From NCBI GenBank assembly GCA_013265495.1, contig MU058531.1, positions 1,922,911-1,986,910 of the forward strand: a stretch of DNA of 64,000 nt, written 5' to 3'. The position numbers were made by a program, and so were the translations under genes. Shown here piece by piece: positions 39,140 through 53,518 of this stretch; the first letter of the stretch is position 1, and every line of letters begins with the position of its first letter. The notes under the pieces are model-generated. The model ran no database searches, had not been told where the DNA came from, and saw only the letters and a list, made by a program, of their open reading frames with translations. The stretch is from Vicugna vicugna (taxonomy: Eukaryota).

Positions 39140-39545
39140 GAAGGCGTTCTGGACTAGGAGTCAGAAGGTCTGGATTTGGGCCCTAGTCCTGACACTTACT
39201 AGCTGTGTGGTCCTAACAGCGAATAGCTAACACTTACTGATCATTTACTATGCACCAGGCACTATTTCTCAGTGCCGAACGTGTATTAACTCCTTTCATT
39301 GTCACACACTCCCTGTGAGATGGGCACTATTTTAAATTCCATTTTCCAGTTAAAGAAACTTCACAGAGAGATTAAGAGACTTGTTTGAAGTTAACCAATA
39401 AGTGGTAGAATCGTGAACTTGAATGTTTACTTAAAGTTTCCGAGTCTTGGCTCTTTTTCTCTGTAAAAGGAAGAGACTAGGTACTTGTCCTGGTTATCTT
39501 ACAGAGATGTAGACTGTGAGGTAATAGATGCACAGTGCTCTGTAA
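39140..39545. mobile_element. Nested MIRs: a minus-strand MIR at about 39220-39420 inside a plus-strand MIR
   Basis: Outer ctggactaggagtcagaagg..cacttactagctgtgtg breaks at an inner aatagctaacacttactga..gaaact..agagattaag and resumes at tctgtaaaagg..gtgctctgtaaact. Confidence 0.7.
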
Positions 39546-40609
39546 ACTAGGCTGAGCATGCCACTGTCAGTTTTTCTTTCACTGCATTTTCAGTTATTGT
39601 GATATGTAAAACTTGAGTTTTGCGTATGGTCTCATTCTAAAAATTAGAGTTCAAATGAATGAGATACACTTTCTACTTTGCATTTGCAAGCATTTGGTGA
39701 ATAAAGGGACATAGTCTAGATACTAAAGAAAAACTTAAAGTTTCCTGAATGACAGGCTGAATATAACTGTAAACAAATAATGAAATGACTGAACATTTGC
39801 TTTCATATACCACTAGCCATTGCCACCAGGAGAGAGAACTATCAGATGTGGTATTATTTGCTGATTTTAACATATTCTTTAAGTAAAAGTCTATTATACC
39901 TATAAATCAAGCTCTTCAAACTGTCAATATGATGGCAGGTTCTTCTATTAGTTTGAAAGGCATTTTAAAAACTTGGCCAAAAAATTATAAACTTCCTCTG
40001 TTCTCTCTTGCCCTCTGAGCCAACGAGAAATAACAGGATTCTAAACCTCGAGCTTCAGAAATGGCGACCTTGTTACCCAAGTACCTAAGAAGTCTGAGAG
40101 GGATTCACAGACGTGCTGAGCTGCGGGAGGCCTCCGCCCCAGCCAGTCTGTGGATGGAAATACAGGCTCCGGGGGAAGCAGCAGGATCCCTTGGCACAGT
40201 CACCGTCACCACCCTGGGTAATGGGCAGAGTGGGTGGCAGGCCACTGCCTGCTTTCCCACTGGTGCCAAACAGGCTGGGGAGTAGGGAGGAAAGGCAGAA
40301 TAGGGAGGGATTCTGGACGAGCCTGAGCTGACCAATGTGCTCCTCCGGGGTAAAAAGGTACAGGGTTGGGGGGAGAGGGGCGTTGGACTTCATTGGGGTA
40401 ATTCCATGATATCTGGGCCAGGTTTTGAAGGATACATTTAATTAAAATATTTTCTTCTCTTAATACCTGAGAACACATTAAGTATAACAACCTCCAAAAT
40501 GTTCTTGGCTACCTTTCGAACACAAAGTTTCCTAAGCTCTTAAGTACATCATTTTTAGGTTACAATTTTTAATACCTGATCCCTAGTACCAACAACAATC
40601 GCCACCACA

Positions 40610-40850
40610 AATGCCAGTTACTAAGTGCTTACAATGCGCGAGGCACTTTGCTAATTAATAACCGCTTTCCCTCGCAGTCATTCTTTGAGGTAAACACAGT
40701 TGTCATTACCACCGTTTTACAGATGAGGAAACTGAAGCTCTGAGAGGCTACGCGACATCTCAGATTAAATCCTAGAGATTAAATGTGGGATTGGAACTTA
40801 GGGCAGCGTCCAGAGTCCTCAGTCTTCATCCACTAACCTACACTGTCTCA
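40610..40850 (-). mobile_element. MIR SINE
   Basis: Core ttttacagatgaggaaactgaagctctgagagg. Confidence 0.75.
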
Positions 40851-41189
40851 GCTAAAAATGATGAGATAGAATGTTCGTATCACTAGCAAATAAGTACTTG
40901 TCTATTGTCACCTATGTAACAGTGATCATTTGACAGTGGTTTAGTGGCAGGAAGTGGTCGCCTGTGCTTTTGCCCTAAGAACTATGTAGATATATTTGCT
41001 CCAAAGCCCACAAAACTATATTAAGAAGAGCTGAAATGATGAATTTCACAATAATCAGAAGTTCAGATTTAGCTTTAAGTCAATCAAATTTTCCTGTTCA
41101 GTAAAGATGCTTATTGGTTTTCAATGTATTTTTATGTTGTATACTTAGAATTAATGCTCTTGAGGGAGTTAAAGAGCAGATCTCACTGA

Positions 41190-42000
41190 AGTAAATAAGA
41201 TTATAATAAAATGAACATCACTATCACACTAATTATCAACTTGAGCAAGAATCTTCAATGGATGCTAAAACCACTGGGTAAATCTGGGAGGGGATACAAC
41301 AGATTCATACAATCTTAAGGTATCAAAGAGTAATCAGTATTTGCAAAGGGAGAAAGAGCTGCTTTTACAGTGGAGGAATCTGGCAAACAACACCTTAACA
41401 AAATGATCACACTTAGTGTCACCAAACATAGGGCAAACTCTGCCTCCTGCATTATGTCCTCAATACAGCACGTCATCCACACAGTCTCTCTGCTAACAGT
41501 GTTTCACCTGAATCTCATTATGAGGAAACAAACTGTCATTTCAAATTAAGTGGTATTCTATAAAACATCCAGCACAAACTCTGCAAACGATACAAAAGAC
41601 AAAAAGTCTAGGAAACTGTCTAAATTAAAGGAGAGTGAAGAGACATGACAACTAAACCTAAGGCTAGACTTTGACTGGATCCTAAAAAAAAAAAAAGCAA
41701 TAAAACCCAGCTCTCAATGACATTACTAGAACAGCCTGGATACTTCTTGCTCTCAGAAGACATATGATAAAGCATTAGGAGCAAGGAGGCTTGAGGGCTA
41801 CAACTTGCTCTTAAATGGTACCTCAAAATATACAAACGTACATATACACATACTGACAGAAACAAAGAGAAGGCAGACGTGGCAAAATGCTAACAACTGG
41901 CGAGTCTAGAGGAAGGTGATGTACGTGTTCACTGTACCATTCTTATAACTTTTTGTAGGTTTTGAAATTTTTCAAAATAAAAACTTGTGGAAAGAAATTA
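41190..42000 (+). mobile_element. Ancient L1M (MC/ME-like) 3' UTR fragment
   Basis: tttacagtggaggaatctggcaaaca-caccttaac; aaggagagtgaagagacatgacaactaaa; gttcactgtaccattcttataactttttgtaggttttgaaatttttcaaaataaaa. Confidence 0.75.
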
Positions 42001-42479
42001 AAACCACAAGGCCTTTCCAGAGAAGGAGGTAATGTAATCTCCCATTCTCTGAAGAGTTTGTGATCTTTTGAAAGATCTGCTAGTTCTTAAAATCAGCTAA
42101 TGCTTTTAGTGATTTCTATGTTTCAAGCATTGACCACAGTGGGAAAACCATTCCAGCTTGCAGAGCTGTGCCCTGAGCTACGGCTGCATTCACGAAACGG
42201 TGACTGACCAAGGCAGGGCCAGTTTCTTACAGCGTGAGATCAGCCCCAGGAGCAAGGATTCAAGGTCTGGATCTCTCCCTGCACAGAATCCAGGCTCCCT
42301 GATTTCCTGTGACCTTCCTAGAGAGACCTGAAGGGCACCTCTCCAGCCAGAGCTGCATGAGTTCAGACCTTTTTTGGCACAGGGAAGTCTGTTCCAAACA
42401 TTCTCCCTGACCTTGGCTTTCAGGTCAGAGGACTTACCTGGTTTGCCTCAGGAGTCTTTGTCTTTGGATCCATTTCAAT

Positions 42480-43330
42480 AGAACCAAAATTGTTTAGGAG
42501 ATACACAGCATGATACTAGCTACATGAAGCCACAAAGATGAATATGCCAAGGAAGAACCCTGCCCTGGAAAAACTCAGCTTGTAAATACGTGACTAAGAA
42601 AATAGGAAAGGGCGAGGTTGGGTTATGTCCTATAGGACACTGGTGAGAGATACATGGAGCAGAGGAGTCCAAACATCAGGGAAAGCCATAGAGCAAAGAC
42701 CATATCCGGCTGGAGGATAAGTACTTTTCTAGTAAGGAAGGGCATTCCAAGTTCAGGAAAGAGCACAGGCCAAGGCTTGGAAGGGTCAAAGGGTCAGATC
42801 ATTTGGAAAACAGTGAGTAGAGTTCACAGAGCTCATCAGTTAGAGTACAGGTGGGCGGGGAGAGATGAAACAGCTCATCGGTTTCCCGCCTGCTGCCTGG
42901 AAAACACGGTAGGTCTCCGAACTGGATCCCTTCTTCACTCTCCTCTTAGATAAGAACATCAGATCTCCAAGAATAACCAAACACTTCCTATGCACCCTAG
43001 GCACTGCAGGGGAATACTGACATGAGCAAGCCCTTGTTATCAAGAAATTTATAAACCAGTCCATGAATAATAAGTACACAGAGAATGCTAACCCAGGAAC
43101 AATGCATTAAGGACCCTTAGAGGTATTTCCTAAAACGTATCTTCAAAAGTTGGACTTCATAGAAGGAAGACAGATCTTTCAGTGAAGACGTGGACAGAGA
43201 AATCAGGGGAGACTTTCTGTTGGTGGTGGCATAGGAGCCAGCTCTTAATGGTTTGACACAGGTGAAAAAATGGAGGACATTCCAAGGGAAGGATTTAGCC
43301 TAAGTTAAGATGTAGAGATGACTCAGCAGG
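42480..43330 (-). mobile_element. Clustered decayed L2 fragments
   Basis: ggaagggcattccaagttcaggaaagagcacaggccaaggcttgga; ctaggcactgcaggggaatac; ggacattccaagggaagga. Confidence 0.5.
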
Positions 43331-43844
43331 TATGTCCATGGGTTCCTAAACATTCCCTCTGGGTTCAGAACCAACCTATTTCTTTGACTATATTTACCAC
43401 ATAGGGCTGAGGCTCAAATGTTTTGGTTCTAGCCTGTTTTGTGTTTTCTATTACACTAGCAACTGTTTCTTGTGGGCTTGTGGTTTGGCAGGCGGAGGCA
43501 GGGAAGGTGCAAATGGACAAGAAAACAAGTCTGATGGGTAGAACCACCTCAGAGTCAAAAACTGGCAGTCTGCTCCCTGTGTTCTCAGTAAAGTCCTGCA
43601 GCCCAGTGCCGTGACCCAGGGCATCTGGGCTTAAAGTCGGCTCTGTTTATGTAACCACACATTCCCTATATAAAGAGGTCCTTGTGAGGTCTGCCAACCT
43701 GTCAGTTCTGGTCACAGTCAGTTCCAACAATCACCTGACCAAGAAAACTGAGACCAGACTAGGGATGTGGGCAGGAACTGGTCAAACCGGTTGGGCAGTT
43801 TATTTTTAGTGAACATCACATTTTCATCAGGGGGAAGGACACTA

Positions 43845-44045
43845 ATATTATTTGACACCTATTAAGCCTGTGCTGGTGCATATGTACACTGTCTTACATA
43901 ATCCTTTGAATATCTCAGTGAGTAGTATTAACTTGGATGAGTAAACTGAGGTTCAGAGATTAAATAACTTGCTCAAGGTCATACAGCTAGTAACTGCTAA
44001 TGTCCACGTCAGAGGCCACAAATATCTAGTTCTTGCCCCACTGCA
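43845..44045 (-). mobile_element. MIR SINE
   Basis: gatgagtaaactgaggttcagagattaaataacttgctcaaggtcatacagctagtaa. Confidence 0.8.
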
Positions 44046-47000
44046 TGATGCCCTGCCTCATTCAGCATCAGACAGTCGGCAAATTCTAAATTTTAACCTG
44101 GTAGACACTTGCCTGCTGATGACGCTTTAATCCGGCCCTGTATATATATTGCCTGAACTTTGACAATTGAATTCCTCCTTCTCCTAGCAGTTTAATACTC
44201 TTCTGACGAGTTCTTAATGCTGCTGCCGATGGGTTTCCTCTGTGCCACCATCTCCTCTTCTCAAGACTAAGGCTATCCATTCTATTTTGAAAGACAGCCC
44301 AAGTCTTTGTTCTCAGCTTTCAAAATTTTTCACCAGGTCCTCTCAGTCAGCTTCCCATTGGGAACTCTTTCAAATGACATATCCTCTGTTGGTCTCACTT
44401 GCTCAGAGCCTCACCCCTATGCAATTCCTGTCAGCAAGTCCTGTCCCGAGCTACACCTCTTCTGAAACATTCTCTCCGCCTCAGCCTACCAAATGTGCAC
44501 CTGCCGCTTCAGTGCCTGAAATTTACTCTCTTCCAGAGAAAGTTCTCATAGGGGGTGGTTTTGGCTTCTCTGAACTAAAAGCATCCCCCGCTTTCCAGCG
44601 CCTCTGCCTGGGCAGGGCACAGATACTGCTGTGACGGAATACAAGATGTCTCTGTTATTCACATGGCTGCTCAGGCTTTGTCCTGTGGCCTGAACATTCT
44701 TACTGCCCACTTCTTTCTCTACAGTCCCCAAAACTATCAATGCTTTGAAATCAAAGACTAACTCTTACTAACTCTTCACCTTTAATACAACGCAAAAGAG
44801 ATAGGTGTTAAATAGAACAGTTTAAACTGAGGCTGTGCTAAGCTTTTAAAAGAATCAATAGAATGCGGCTCCATCTGTCAAAACAGGACAAAACAGAGCA
44901 AGAAGCCCACTCTTGCTGCTCTGAAATGCAGTTTCCATGTTTTCACAAGAAAATCCATCCTGAGAACGAAAGCGTCAATCAAATAAATATTAAAATAAAG
45001 GATTCATAATCCACCAAAGAGTATGAGTACTGTAAGCCAGTACCTGTGTCTTTAAAAAGAAAAAGGACAAAGTATTACTCAAAAGCTTACAAACTGCAAA
45101 AGGTTAAGCACAGACTAAAGCTCCACTAGGTTCCCAACTTGATCAGAAGGTGGAAAAACTTGGAATCTGGGCCTAAAACAACACTGACATTTCCATTCAA
45201 GCTATGCTACAGAGAAAAAAAAACATGTGAAGCTTGAAAACTTTCCAAAGCCAGATTTAGACAAACTCAAGGAAAAAGAAATAGATGCTGTGAACCCAGC
45301 CCACTGCAGCGTCATAATGACCTATTTTGCCCATTTCAAATACAACCCTCTTTCCTGTTCTTCCAACAGCATCCCAAGCCTTAGCTAAGGTCAGCTCAAA
45401 GTCAGTCTGAATCCCACGTGGCCTGGCTTATGCCAGGTTCACAAACCACGCTGGTATTGTATAAACTTCCACAACTGCATGACCTTGCTCACAAGGACTA
45501 GCAGTCAAGTCAGCCCAGCCAGTGCAAAGGAAATAACATGATCATCAGGAAAGAGAGCCACTGAGAAGTACACACTTTCCTCAAGGTAGGCGGGCATCAT
45601 CAGAGTGTAAGGCATAGGTCACTCTTGCATAATATGCGTGTCTGTTACTGTTCCCCGTCACCTGGCTGTGCACATGAACTGCTGGAGCTGAAGCCGGTTT
45701 CCTTCTGGGCTGAGGATGACAGCCTTGTTCATTTTGCTGCCAGCATCACCGACTTCTGAACACAGTTTCACAGCCACGTGGCCAACTGCCTGTCCAACAT
45801 CTGCAGCAGGCTGCTGTCCTTGCCTTGGCCCCAGCGGCCTCTGCCAACAGCGGCAGTGCAGCTGTGCTCACGGCCCAGAAGATGCCAACTCCTCTCCCTG
45901 GCCCCAGCCCCACCACAAGAGGTGAGACTGTTGGCAGAATCAGGAGCAGCTGCTTAGTGCAGAAGCAGAGGTGGAAGCTCAGAGCAGGCAGGCATTTTTT
46001 CGTAGCTCAGTGATAGCCACTTTGGATATAGGCTGTTTTTCAACGAGGCAATGAGGGAGGTTATGCTAAACACATCTATCATCATAAAAGCTTGCTCTGC
46101 CCAGCTTATCTTCCGAGCTGCCACATTCCCAGCCCCATGCTCAAGGAAGTGGAACTAAGCTGGGTTTTTTGGTTTTTTTAATTAAACAGTCAAGGATTCT
46201 AAGGCCACTGTTGTTAGGATGGACCATGTCACATCTAGGGGTTAAAAGATGAACCAAGCCAATCGAATTCTCTCCTTCTGTAATTCAGTAGAATTATGAA
46301 AGCAGTTTACCTGCTGGAAGCACAGAGAGGAGCACAGAGCTGAGTCATGATAATGGTGGAACACGACAGTGAAGAATTAACAGCTCCCACTGTTCGAATC
46401 CCCACAGCCTGCCACCCCCAGGCACAGTCTCCATGACACCTGGCTCCTATTTGGGGACTTTCCTTGTCACTCATAACCACATCCCTGATTTGAAGTAGCA
46501 CAAGAGAACTCACTGATCCTTGTAGTCAAATTCTACTACTAAGCAGTGCACTCATGTCCAGAAATGGTGTGGCATCGCCCAAGAGGCAGAACCCCAAGGT
46601 TAAGCCACAGCTAAAGGGCAGCTCAGACCAACAGCCTCAATCTAACCCAGGTCTTTGGAAATAGCTATGTGAATATGGCCAACAGAACAGAAGAATTCAG
46701 GGAGAAGCCAAGGACCACTTTCACTTTTAAATACCTGTGAAAGTGTACCATGTGTCATAGAACTTATATTGCTAAGTTTTATATAAAACCCAGCCTTGTA
46801 AATAACAGCATAACTTATCAGTTTATATAGTTTAAACCTATCTTCCATTTCCACAAATGATAAACTTTCCCACAAATGATAAACACTAGAAAAACAAACA
46901 GAAAAAAACTATTTCCTTTATAATTCACCAGGTAAAAATAATATGAACTATTGGTCTGCCAGGTTCAAGCCTATCTAATAAGATCTATGTGCTCTTATGA

Positions 47001-47139
47001 AAAGACACTTCATGTCTTTGAGTCTCAGTTTTTTAAAAAAAAAGGTTGTATTAGAATGAGACTTTCATTACGGAACTTTCTAGCTCTAAAATTTGATGGG
47101 CTCTACTCTGCAAACAAGTAATGAACTCATCATCTGCAA

Positions 47140-47620
47140 AGATAAAATTCATCCACTTAACAGATATCTGAGGGCGAGCCACTGAGGCAGGTGTGCAAGG
47201 TGCTGAGTGCAGAACAGTGAGCAAAACATAAAAATCTCTGCGCTCATAAAACTTACATTCCAACTTGGAAAACTGACAGAAAAACACATACAATTTTTTT
47301 TTAGGTCATGATATGTACTTTGAGAAAAAATAAAATGAGGGTAGGAGAAATAGAGAGCAAGAGGGCAGAGGGGCTACTATGTTAGACAAGAAAGTCAGAA
47401 AAGATTCTCTGCTAAGGTGACATTTGAGCAGGAGTCTGTCAAAGGGAAGAGATAAGCAGCCCATTCAGAAATTTGGGGGAAGCTGGCTTCAGACAAAAGG
47501 AAGTACTAAGGCCCTGAGATGCTTTAGTTTACCTCAAGGAATAGCAAAGAAGTCAGTGTGGCCAGGGAAGGGAAGGCAGAGAACGATACGACATGACGTC
47601 AAATAACACCCAACATTCAA
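47140..47620 (-). mobile_element. L2 fragment
   Basis: attcatccacttaacagatatctgag..cagtgagcaaaacataaaaatctctgcgctcat..aaggtgacatttgagcag. Confidence 0.7.
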
Positions 47621-47769
47621 GAGATGAGACCCAAGAGAAAAAGATTTAAACGCTTTAAGTACAAGATTCATATCACTGTGGTTCCTGGTTTCTACAGAAG
47701 TCCATTTATTCCAAACCCACAGGCAAAAAGGTAAGTCCGCAACTGCAGTGTACCATTTATCTAACTTGG

Positions 47770-48200
47770 AACTAAGCAAAAAAATGCACTGCAGATGTCC
47801 AAATTAGCATAAACTTCATAAAGAAAATTGCTTTGGGAAGCCATGTGATAGCAAATCCGGAGTCATTAAGATTTTCATTTCTTTTAACTCTGGTTAAGCT
47901 TCTGCTGCAAATTTATCCCAAAGAAAATCCTATGAAAGAAAAACCATACACAGGGATATATTAACAGAAGCATTATTTATAATAGCCTACATGACCAACA
48001 AGCAAGTAAACTGTGGTGGAACAATGGGTTAGGCAGTCACTTAAAAAATATAAAAATTAAGCAGAAACATGGGAGAAAAGAGAACACAAAACTGTATCTC
48101 TGCTATTATTAACCCCCAAGAAAAAAAAGATACATATGAATATAGACTAGAGGAAAACAAAAATGATGACGGTTGGCTCTGCTAGGGAGGCAGGATTACT
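47770..48200 (+). mobile_element. Highly decayed L1ME-like fragment
   Basis: aatttatcccaaagaaaa..agcattatttataatagc..aagtaaactgtggtg. Confidence 0.5.
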
Positions 48201-49233
48201 CTTACTGCTTATGAAATAACACTTGCTCACTGCAAACCAGATTGCTCTGTACTGATTTTACTACTTCATTACAATATTAAGGCCTAGAATTAGGATAACA
48301 ATAGAAATGACTGTGATTGTGTACTTGACAAGAGGGCCACACGCATCTCTAGTCCACGAAGGACTCCTCAGTGACCCTGTGATATCTGGTGGTGCTGGCT
48401 GTTCTTGAAGCTTCTTTCCTTGAGCCTCCGTAGCCAGACACGATCTCAGTCCCTCACTCACCCACACCTCCACTGCCATGTCCTCTTTTTCTTTCTGGTT
48501 CCTCACAAAATTTATTGATTAACTGCTTTTCATTTTCTCCCTCTTCTCTGTAAAGATGACTCTCAAGAGACATGTATCTCCAGCTCCCATCTCTTTTCCC
48601 AAACTCTCTAACCACCATTCCAATTCCCCATTAGGAATTTCCTCTCCCATAGGATGCGCTAACATGCCAAACTCTACATGTCTTTAATCGAATCAACATA
48701 ACACCAAACTGGTTTTCTTTCTACTGACTCCCCTCCATTCAACAGCAGCGTCATGATTCTCCCACTCCGGGGAAGGAACTGCAGCACAGCCCTGCCATCA
48801 AATCTATCGTCATCACAATCTGCTCTGCCACTGAGACCACTGGCCTTTCTCTCCTCATTCTAATAATACCTCAATGCTACCATCTTAGGATTTCATTGTT
48901 CTTATGAACTTGATTACAGAAAATTCCTAAATGGTTTTTCTGACTCTGGCTAAAAAAAATCAAATAAAAACCAAAACCAAATAAAAAAGTCCAACTTCCC
49001 CTTTCGCTTTTAAAAAAAAAAGTCTTCAATGATATCTGGACACTGAACGTATTCTATGTGCACTATCTCATTTAATCCTCATAAAAACCCAGAAGTGGTA
49101 TTATTGTTTTCATTTTGTAGATTAAAAAAAAAAGAGAAAAGAGGTTCAAAAAGGCTCATAATCAGCCCAAAGATATAGCAATGGAAGTGACAGAGCAAGA
49201 ATCCAACCCAGGCAGCTTACTCCAAAGCCTGCA

Positions 49234-49690
49234 TTTTTTTTTTCTTAATTGAACTACAATTGATTTACAATGTTGTGCTAGTTTCAGGTGTATACAAAGT
49301 GATTCAGTTACACATATACCATATATAAACCTATTCTTTTCCATTACAGGTTATTACAAGGTATTGAACATAGTTCCCTGTGCTGTATATAGTAGGTCCT
49401 TGTTGGTTATCTATTTTATATCTGTTAATTCCACAACTCCTAATTTATCCCCTCCCCTTTCCATTTTGGTAGCCATAAATTTGCTTTCTATGTCTGTAAA
49501 CCTATTTCTATTTTTAAATAAGTTCATTCGTATCATTTTTTTGATTCCATATATAAGCATTACTATATCGTATTTGTCTGACTTACTTGGTAAAGCATAT
49601 GATAATTGTCTGACTACTTTCTCTGACTTACTTCACTTAGTGTGGTAATCTCTAGGCCCATCCATGTTGCTGCAAATGGCATTTCATTCC
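49234..49690 (-). mobile_element. Artiodactyl-type L1 3' end inserted at the edge of a MIR
   Basis: Poly(T) followed by ttgatttacaatgttgtgctagtttcaggtgtatacaaagtgattcagtt...tccatgttgctgcaaatggcat, the reverse complement of the family seen at 5098 and 5532. Confidence 0.88.
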
Positions 49691-49914
49691 TGCGTATGCT
49701 GAGCCTGTACTCCTGATCTAGGGAATATTTATTTCTCAGGAAGATCCACAACAGCTAGCAGGAACCGCCCTTCCCTGCTCTAAGGGATTTCCCTCTCGTT
49801 TTCTGAGAAATCCCCTCTCTTCGTGGAAGTGCCCATGGGGAAGCTGGTGTGTGAAGAGAAACCATACACAAAACTCCGGAGTCTTACAAAAAGAAAGGAA
49901 CCAACAACCTCCCC

Positions 49915-49917
<3 letters not shown>

Positions 49918-49948
<31 letters not shown>
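49918..49948. repeat. (AC)15 microsatellite
   Basis: Uninterrupted AC run read directly from the sequence. Confidence 0.97.
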
Positions 49949-49953
<5 letters not shown>

Positions 49954-50419
49954 AATAAGAGTAAATAAGACGTATAAAAGAGGCTGAAGGACTGCTTGGG
50001 AGAGTGGGGCTGGTAGCTCTTCCCTACTTCTCCCAGCCACGATTATCCAGAGCTAAATGGCACAGGAGTGCCTGCCAGCCAAGAAGCAGCCTGGGCTTCA
50101 GAGAGAGGACAGGGTGAGTGGGACCCCTCCCTGGAGCTCAGGGGATAAGGCACAAAAGAATTAATTAATTCATTAATTTTAAAAAAGGGCTTGGGCTGGG
50201 GCTTAGGGCCCCTGGGGCCTCTTTCCCTTAAAAGAATAGATTCAGTGACAGGCAGAAAGAGTAACAGGGAAAACACAAAATCCAAAGCCACCTGGCCTCC
50301 AGAGAGCCCTACTGGGCCTCAGTCCTCGGCCTGGCAGCGAGGCTACCACATAACCCCGCCTTAATTAAAGCCTGCCTTGAACACGCCTACCTCCAGGCCA
50401 TCCTTATTGCCTAACGACA

Positions 50420-50682
50420 ACAGAGTGGTGCCATATTTAAGAAACTTGGGGCTCTGAGGTCAGCCTTTTTGGGCTAAAATCCCAGTCCTATCATTTAACA
50501 CAGGACTACGGATGAATTACTCTCCTCTAAGCCTGTTTCTTACTCTTTAGGATGGGAATAATAAGGGTGCCTACCTTGTGGAGCTGGGAAGATTAAATTA
50601 GATTAAGTGTAGAAAATGGTAACCCACTGCCCAGTTCACAATGAGCCCTGAGTAAATGTTAGCCGTCCCAATTATCATTATT
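50420..50682 (+). mobile_element. MIR SINE
   Basis: ctctaagcctgtttcttactct..gatgggaataataagggtgcctacc..aagattaaat..agtaaatgttagc. Confidence 0.7.
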
Positions 50683-50834
50683 CTAGCCCCCTGCAATTTC
50701 TGCCTCTTCTTTTCCTGTTCAGCTTTTGAGACCAAGGTCTTGCACAACCCACAGTAATCTATTCTTCCTCTGGATGCAGAGAATAGTTTTTACTCACTTG
50801 TCATTAACTATAAGTTCATCTGTATTTCAATAAA

Positions 50835-51068
50835 AATAACATCACTCATAAAACCTCCTGTATGCTGGGGCTATTTTAAGCACTCCACGTGAATGTACTC
50901 ATTTTAACCTTCATCACAACCTTATAAAGTAGGTACTCTTATTATCCCTCTTTCACAGGTGATGAAACTAAGGAAAAGTAAGGTTCAATAGCACGCCTAA
51001 GGTCAGACAACTACTACGCAGGGTAGCTCAGCAAGTCTGTTCCAGAATCCATGCTCTTTACCATTACT
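50835..51068 (-). mobile_element. MIR SINE
   Basis: tcacaaccttataaagtaggtact..ttcacaggtgatgaaactaagg..ccagaatccatgctcttta. Confidence 0.75.
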
Positions 51069-51779
51069 TACTGTTTCTCACCTGTATTTTCATGTCTTCT
51101 CTGGAAAACTGCAGCCTTCTCAAAAACAAGAATGATGTCTTCTCTAGATCCCCCACAAGGCCAAACAGTAGACTCTTCCACGGACTGATGTGCAACAAAT
51201 ATTAGATGGACTGATGACCCCAGTGCTGCATGACCATTTGCACCAGGACCTAGGCCCTCTGTTTGCATTTATTCTGTTCTCTCACCATCCCTTTGCAATA
51301 ACTATCTTCAAATTACCTGCACGCCAGCTGCTATGAACATAATGCTGTTAGTAAGTATTTTGTATGAAAACAGGATTCAGTTCATGCACTAACATTTGGG
51401 AGATCCTCTCTTTCCAGGACTCACAATTTCAACTCTACTATTTCAGAACTAAACAGCATGAGAATGCAATCTCAGGAAACTTTTCCTCAATATTTTGATT
51501 AGAACTGGATTTCTTTTCATCATCAAGAACCAAATATAGAAAACACAAAACAAGACTTTGCTTCAATCTTTATCAACAGCTATTTGAAAGTATTTCAAAC
51601 TGCTATTTCTACTTGACCCAACTTCATTCTCCCTCCACCTCAAAGACAAACACCATACAAATGCCTTTACATCTGTCTCTGGCGGACTAAAGCAATTCAA
51701 GGAAGGAAAAAAAATACTTCTTCAAGGCTTTCTTTTGCATCATTTTCTTCTCCCTCAAAACTTTCCAACCACACTTCCT

Positions 51780-52180
51780 TCATTTCTTCAAAGGTACTGA
51801 AGCCCCTTTCACACTCACTATTTCCCATATGGTACTCCTCTGCTTGGAACTTCCTTCCCTACACTTTCTAGCTAACTCAGTTTTCAGGTTTGCTGTTTTC
51901 TCAGAGAAGCTCTCTCCATATCCCCAATCCAAATCGATGTCCCTTTTTTTAAGTCACCACACTCTCCATTTCTCCTTTAGAGAACTACTAGTCTGTAATT
52001 AATTGTGTTATTCTGTGACTGTTTGACTATTTTCTTAGCTCCTCCACGGGACTGTAAGTTCATGAGGTGCGAGAACACATCCTGTAGAGATGCAGTCTGA
52101 CTGCCATGCTTTCTGATGCCTGCCAGGTTCTCAGTGGTGCCCTGGAGGACACCAAGCAACCACCTGCTGTGGCCCACAGA
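51780..52180 (+). mobile_element. L2 3' fragment
   Basis: ctctgcttggaacttccttccct..gactgtaagttcatgagg..agtggtgccctggag. Confidence 0.6.
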
Positions 52181-53134
52181 CAAATTGATCCAGAGGGCTC
52201 TGCATCCACAAATAGTTGATCAAAGGCCTCAGTGGCCTCGTGCTGGAGAAACTCACTCTCCATCACCTCCCGCTACTGGCCCAACAACACCTAAGGGGAC
52301 AGCTCAGGTGCTTGGCCACTGTTTCTCTACATGGATATTAAGCTCTCCATAGTCCACTAAAATGGTCATAATTTTACAAACCCTACTACTCCACATCTGT
52401 ACAGGTAAACCTGCTGGATAAATGAATGATTCTGTTTATTTCATTAGGTATACACTTTCTGAGAAAAAGGCCAAAAGATTCAATAGTGGATGGTTCATGT
52501 TTTCCTCTCTACTTACACATAAGACTAAAATGGACAGCCAAAGAAACTGCACCTTATAGCCAAGCTGAGGTGACCTAAGAAAAGTATCACTGGCAGGAAG
52601 GGCATTACCAAGAAGGCACTGACCTAAATTAAAATCTAAGGAATTTAAGGAAAAGTAGAAACAGCATGAGGGGGCATTATTAAAAGGCACAGAACAGTTT
52701 GGGGTGAACTACTTAGATGTTCCCAATGTTCAAAGCAATGGGCATGGATTCTCAAAGTTACTTCAGTCTTGGAATAACACCAACATTTCTTTAGGTTCTC
52801 CCAAAATAGGTCAATCAGACTTTGGCTGAGAGCAAAACACAACAGGAGCCAACAGTATAATTATTTCTCCTCCTTGACCCCAAAATCACCAGAAAGGCAA
52901 TCTGCTCTCTGAGGATGCAAGCTTGAGGACCAGAATCAGGAGATCCAGATTCTCTTCTCGGCCTGGCTCTCACTAGTCCATCTCAACACTTAACCTCAGC
53001 TATAAAATAAGGGCCCCATCTCTAATGTTGTACATTGTTACACCGTTACACAGGCGTGGGACCCACACTACAGAGTTCACGGAGCTGCTCGACTCCGTGC
53101 TGCTCATACCAACCCGAGTGCTCTCTCGTCATCT

Positions 53135-53515
53135 CTCAGTAACAAATTCAAGTAAGATATTGTAAACATGGCATATACACAGAAAAGGCAGGCAAGAATA
53201 ATGTGGGTCCAGAAACCATTAGGCTTAAAGCATGACTAGAGGAGTAAAAATATTTAACTTGGAAAAGAGAAGACTAAAGAGAAACTGATAGTCCGTTAGG
53301 TACCAAGAGGTAAATGTCACAATGACTGGCTCTGTTTTACTTTATTGGACACAATTGATCAGTGGGTAAAGACTGCAGGGAAGCATTTGACTAAACAGAA
53401 GAAAAAATTTAATAATTGCTTAGGTCTGCAAATATACAGACTTTCTCTGAAATCAACTGCCTCTTTCGTTCTGAATGTCTCAGAAGCTAAATGAGCAATT
53501 CTCTGGGCCATTTTA
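53135..53515 (+). mobile_element. CR1/L3 3' relic
   Basis: tttaacttggaaaagagaagactaaagagaaactgatag motif typical of L3, followed by ttgactaaacagaagaaaaaattt. Confidence 0.6.
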
Positions 53516-53518
53516 GAA

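Noticed and set aside
42438..42519. Cryptic exon ending at a perfect CAG|GTAAGT donor
   Set aside because: The acceptor is weak and lies in decayed L2 sequence; isolated consensus donors are expected by chance in 64 kb.
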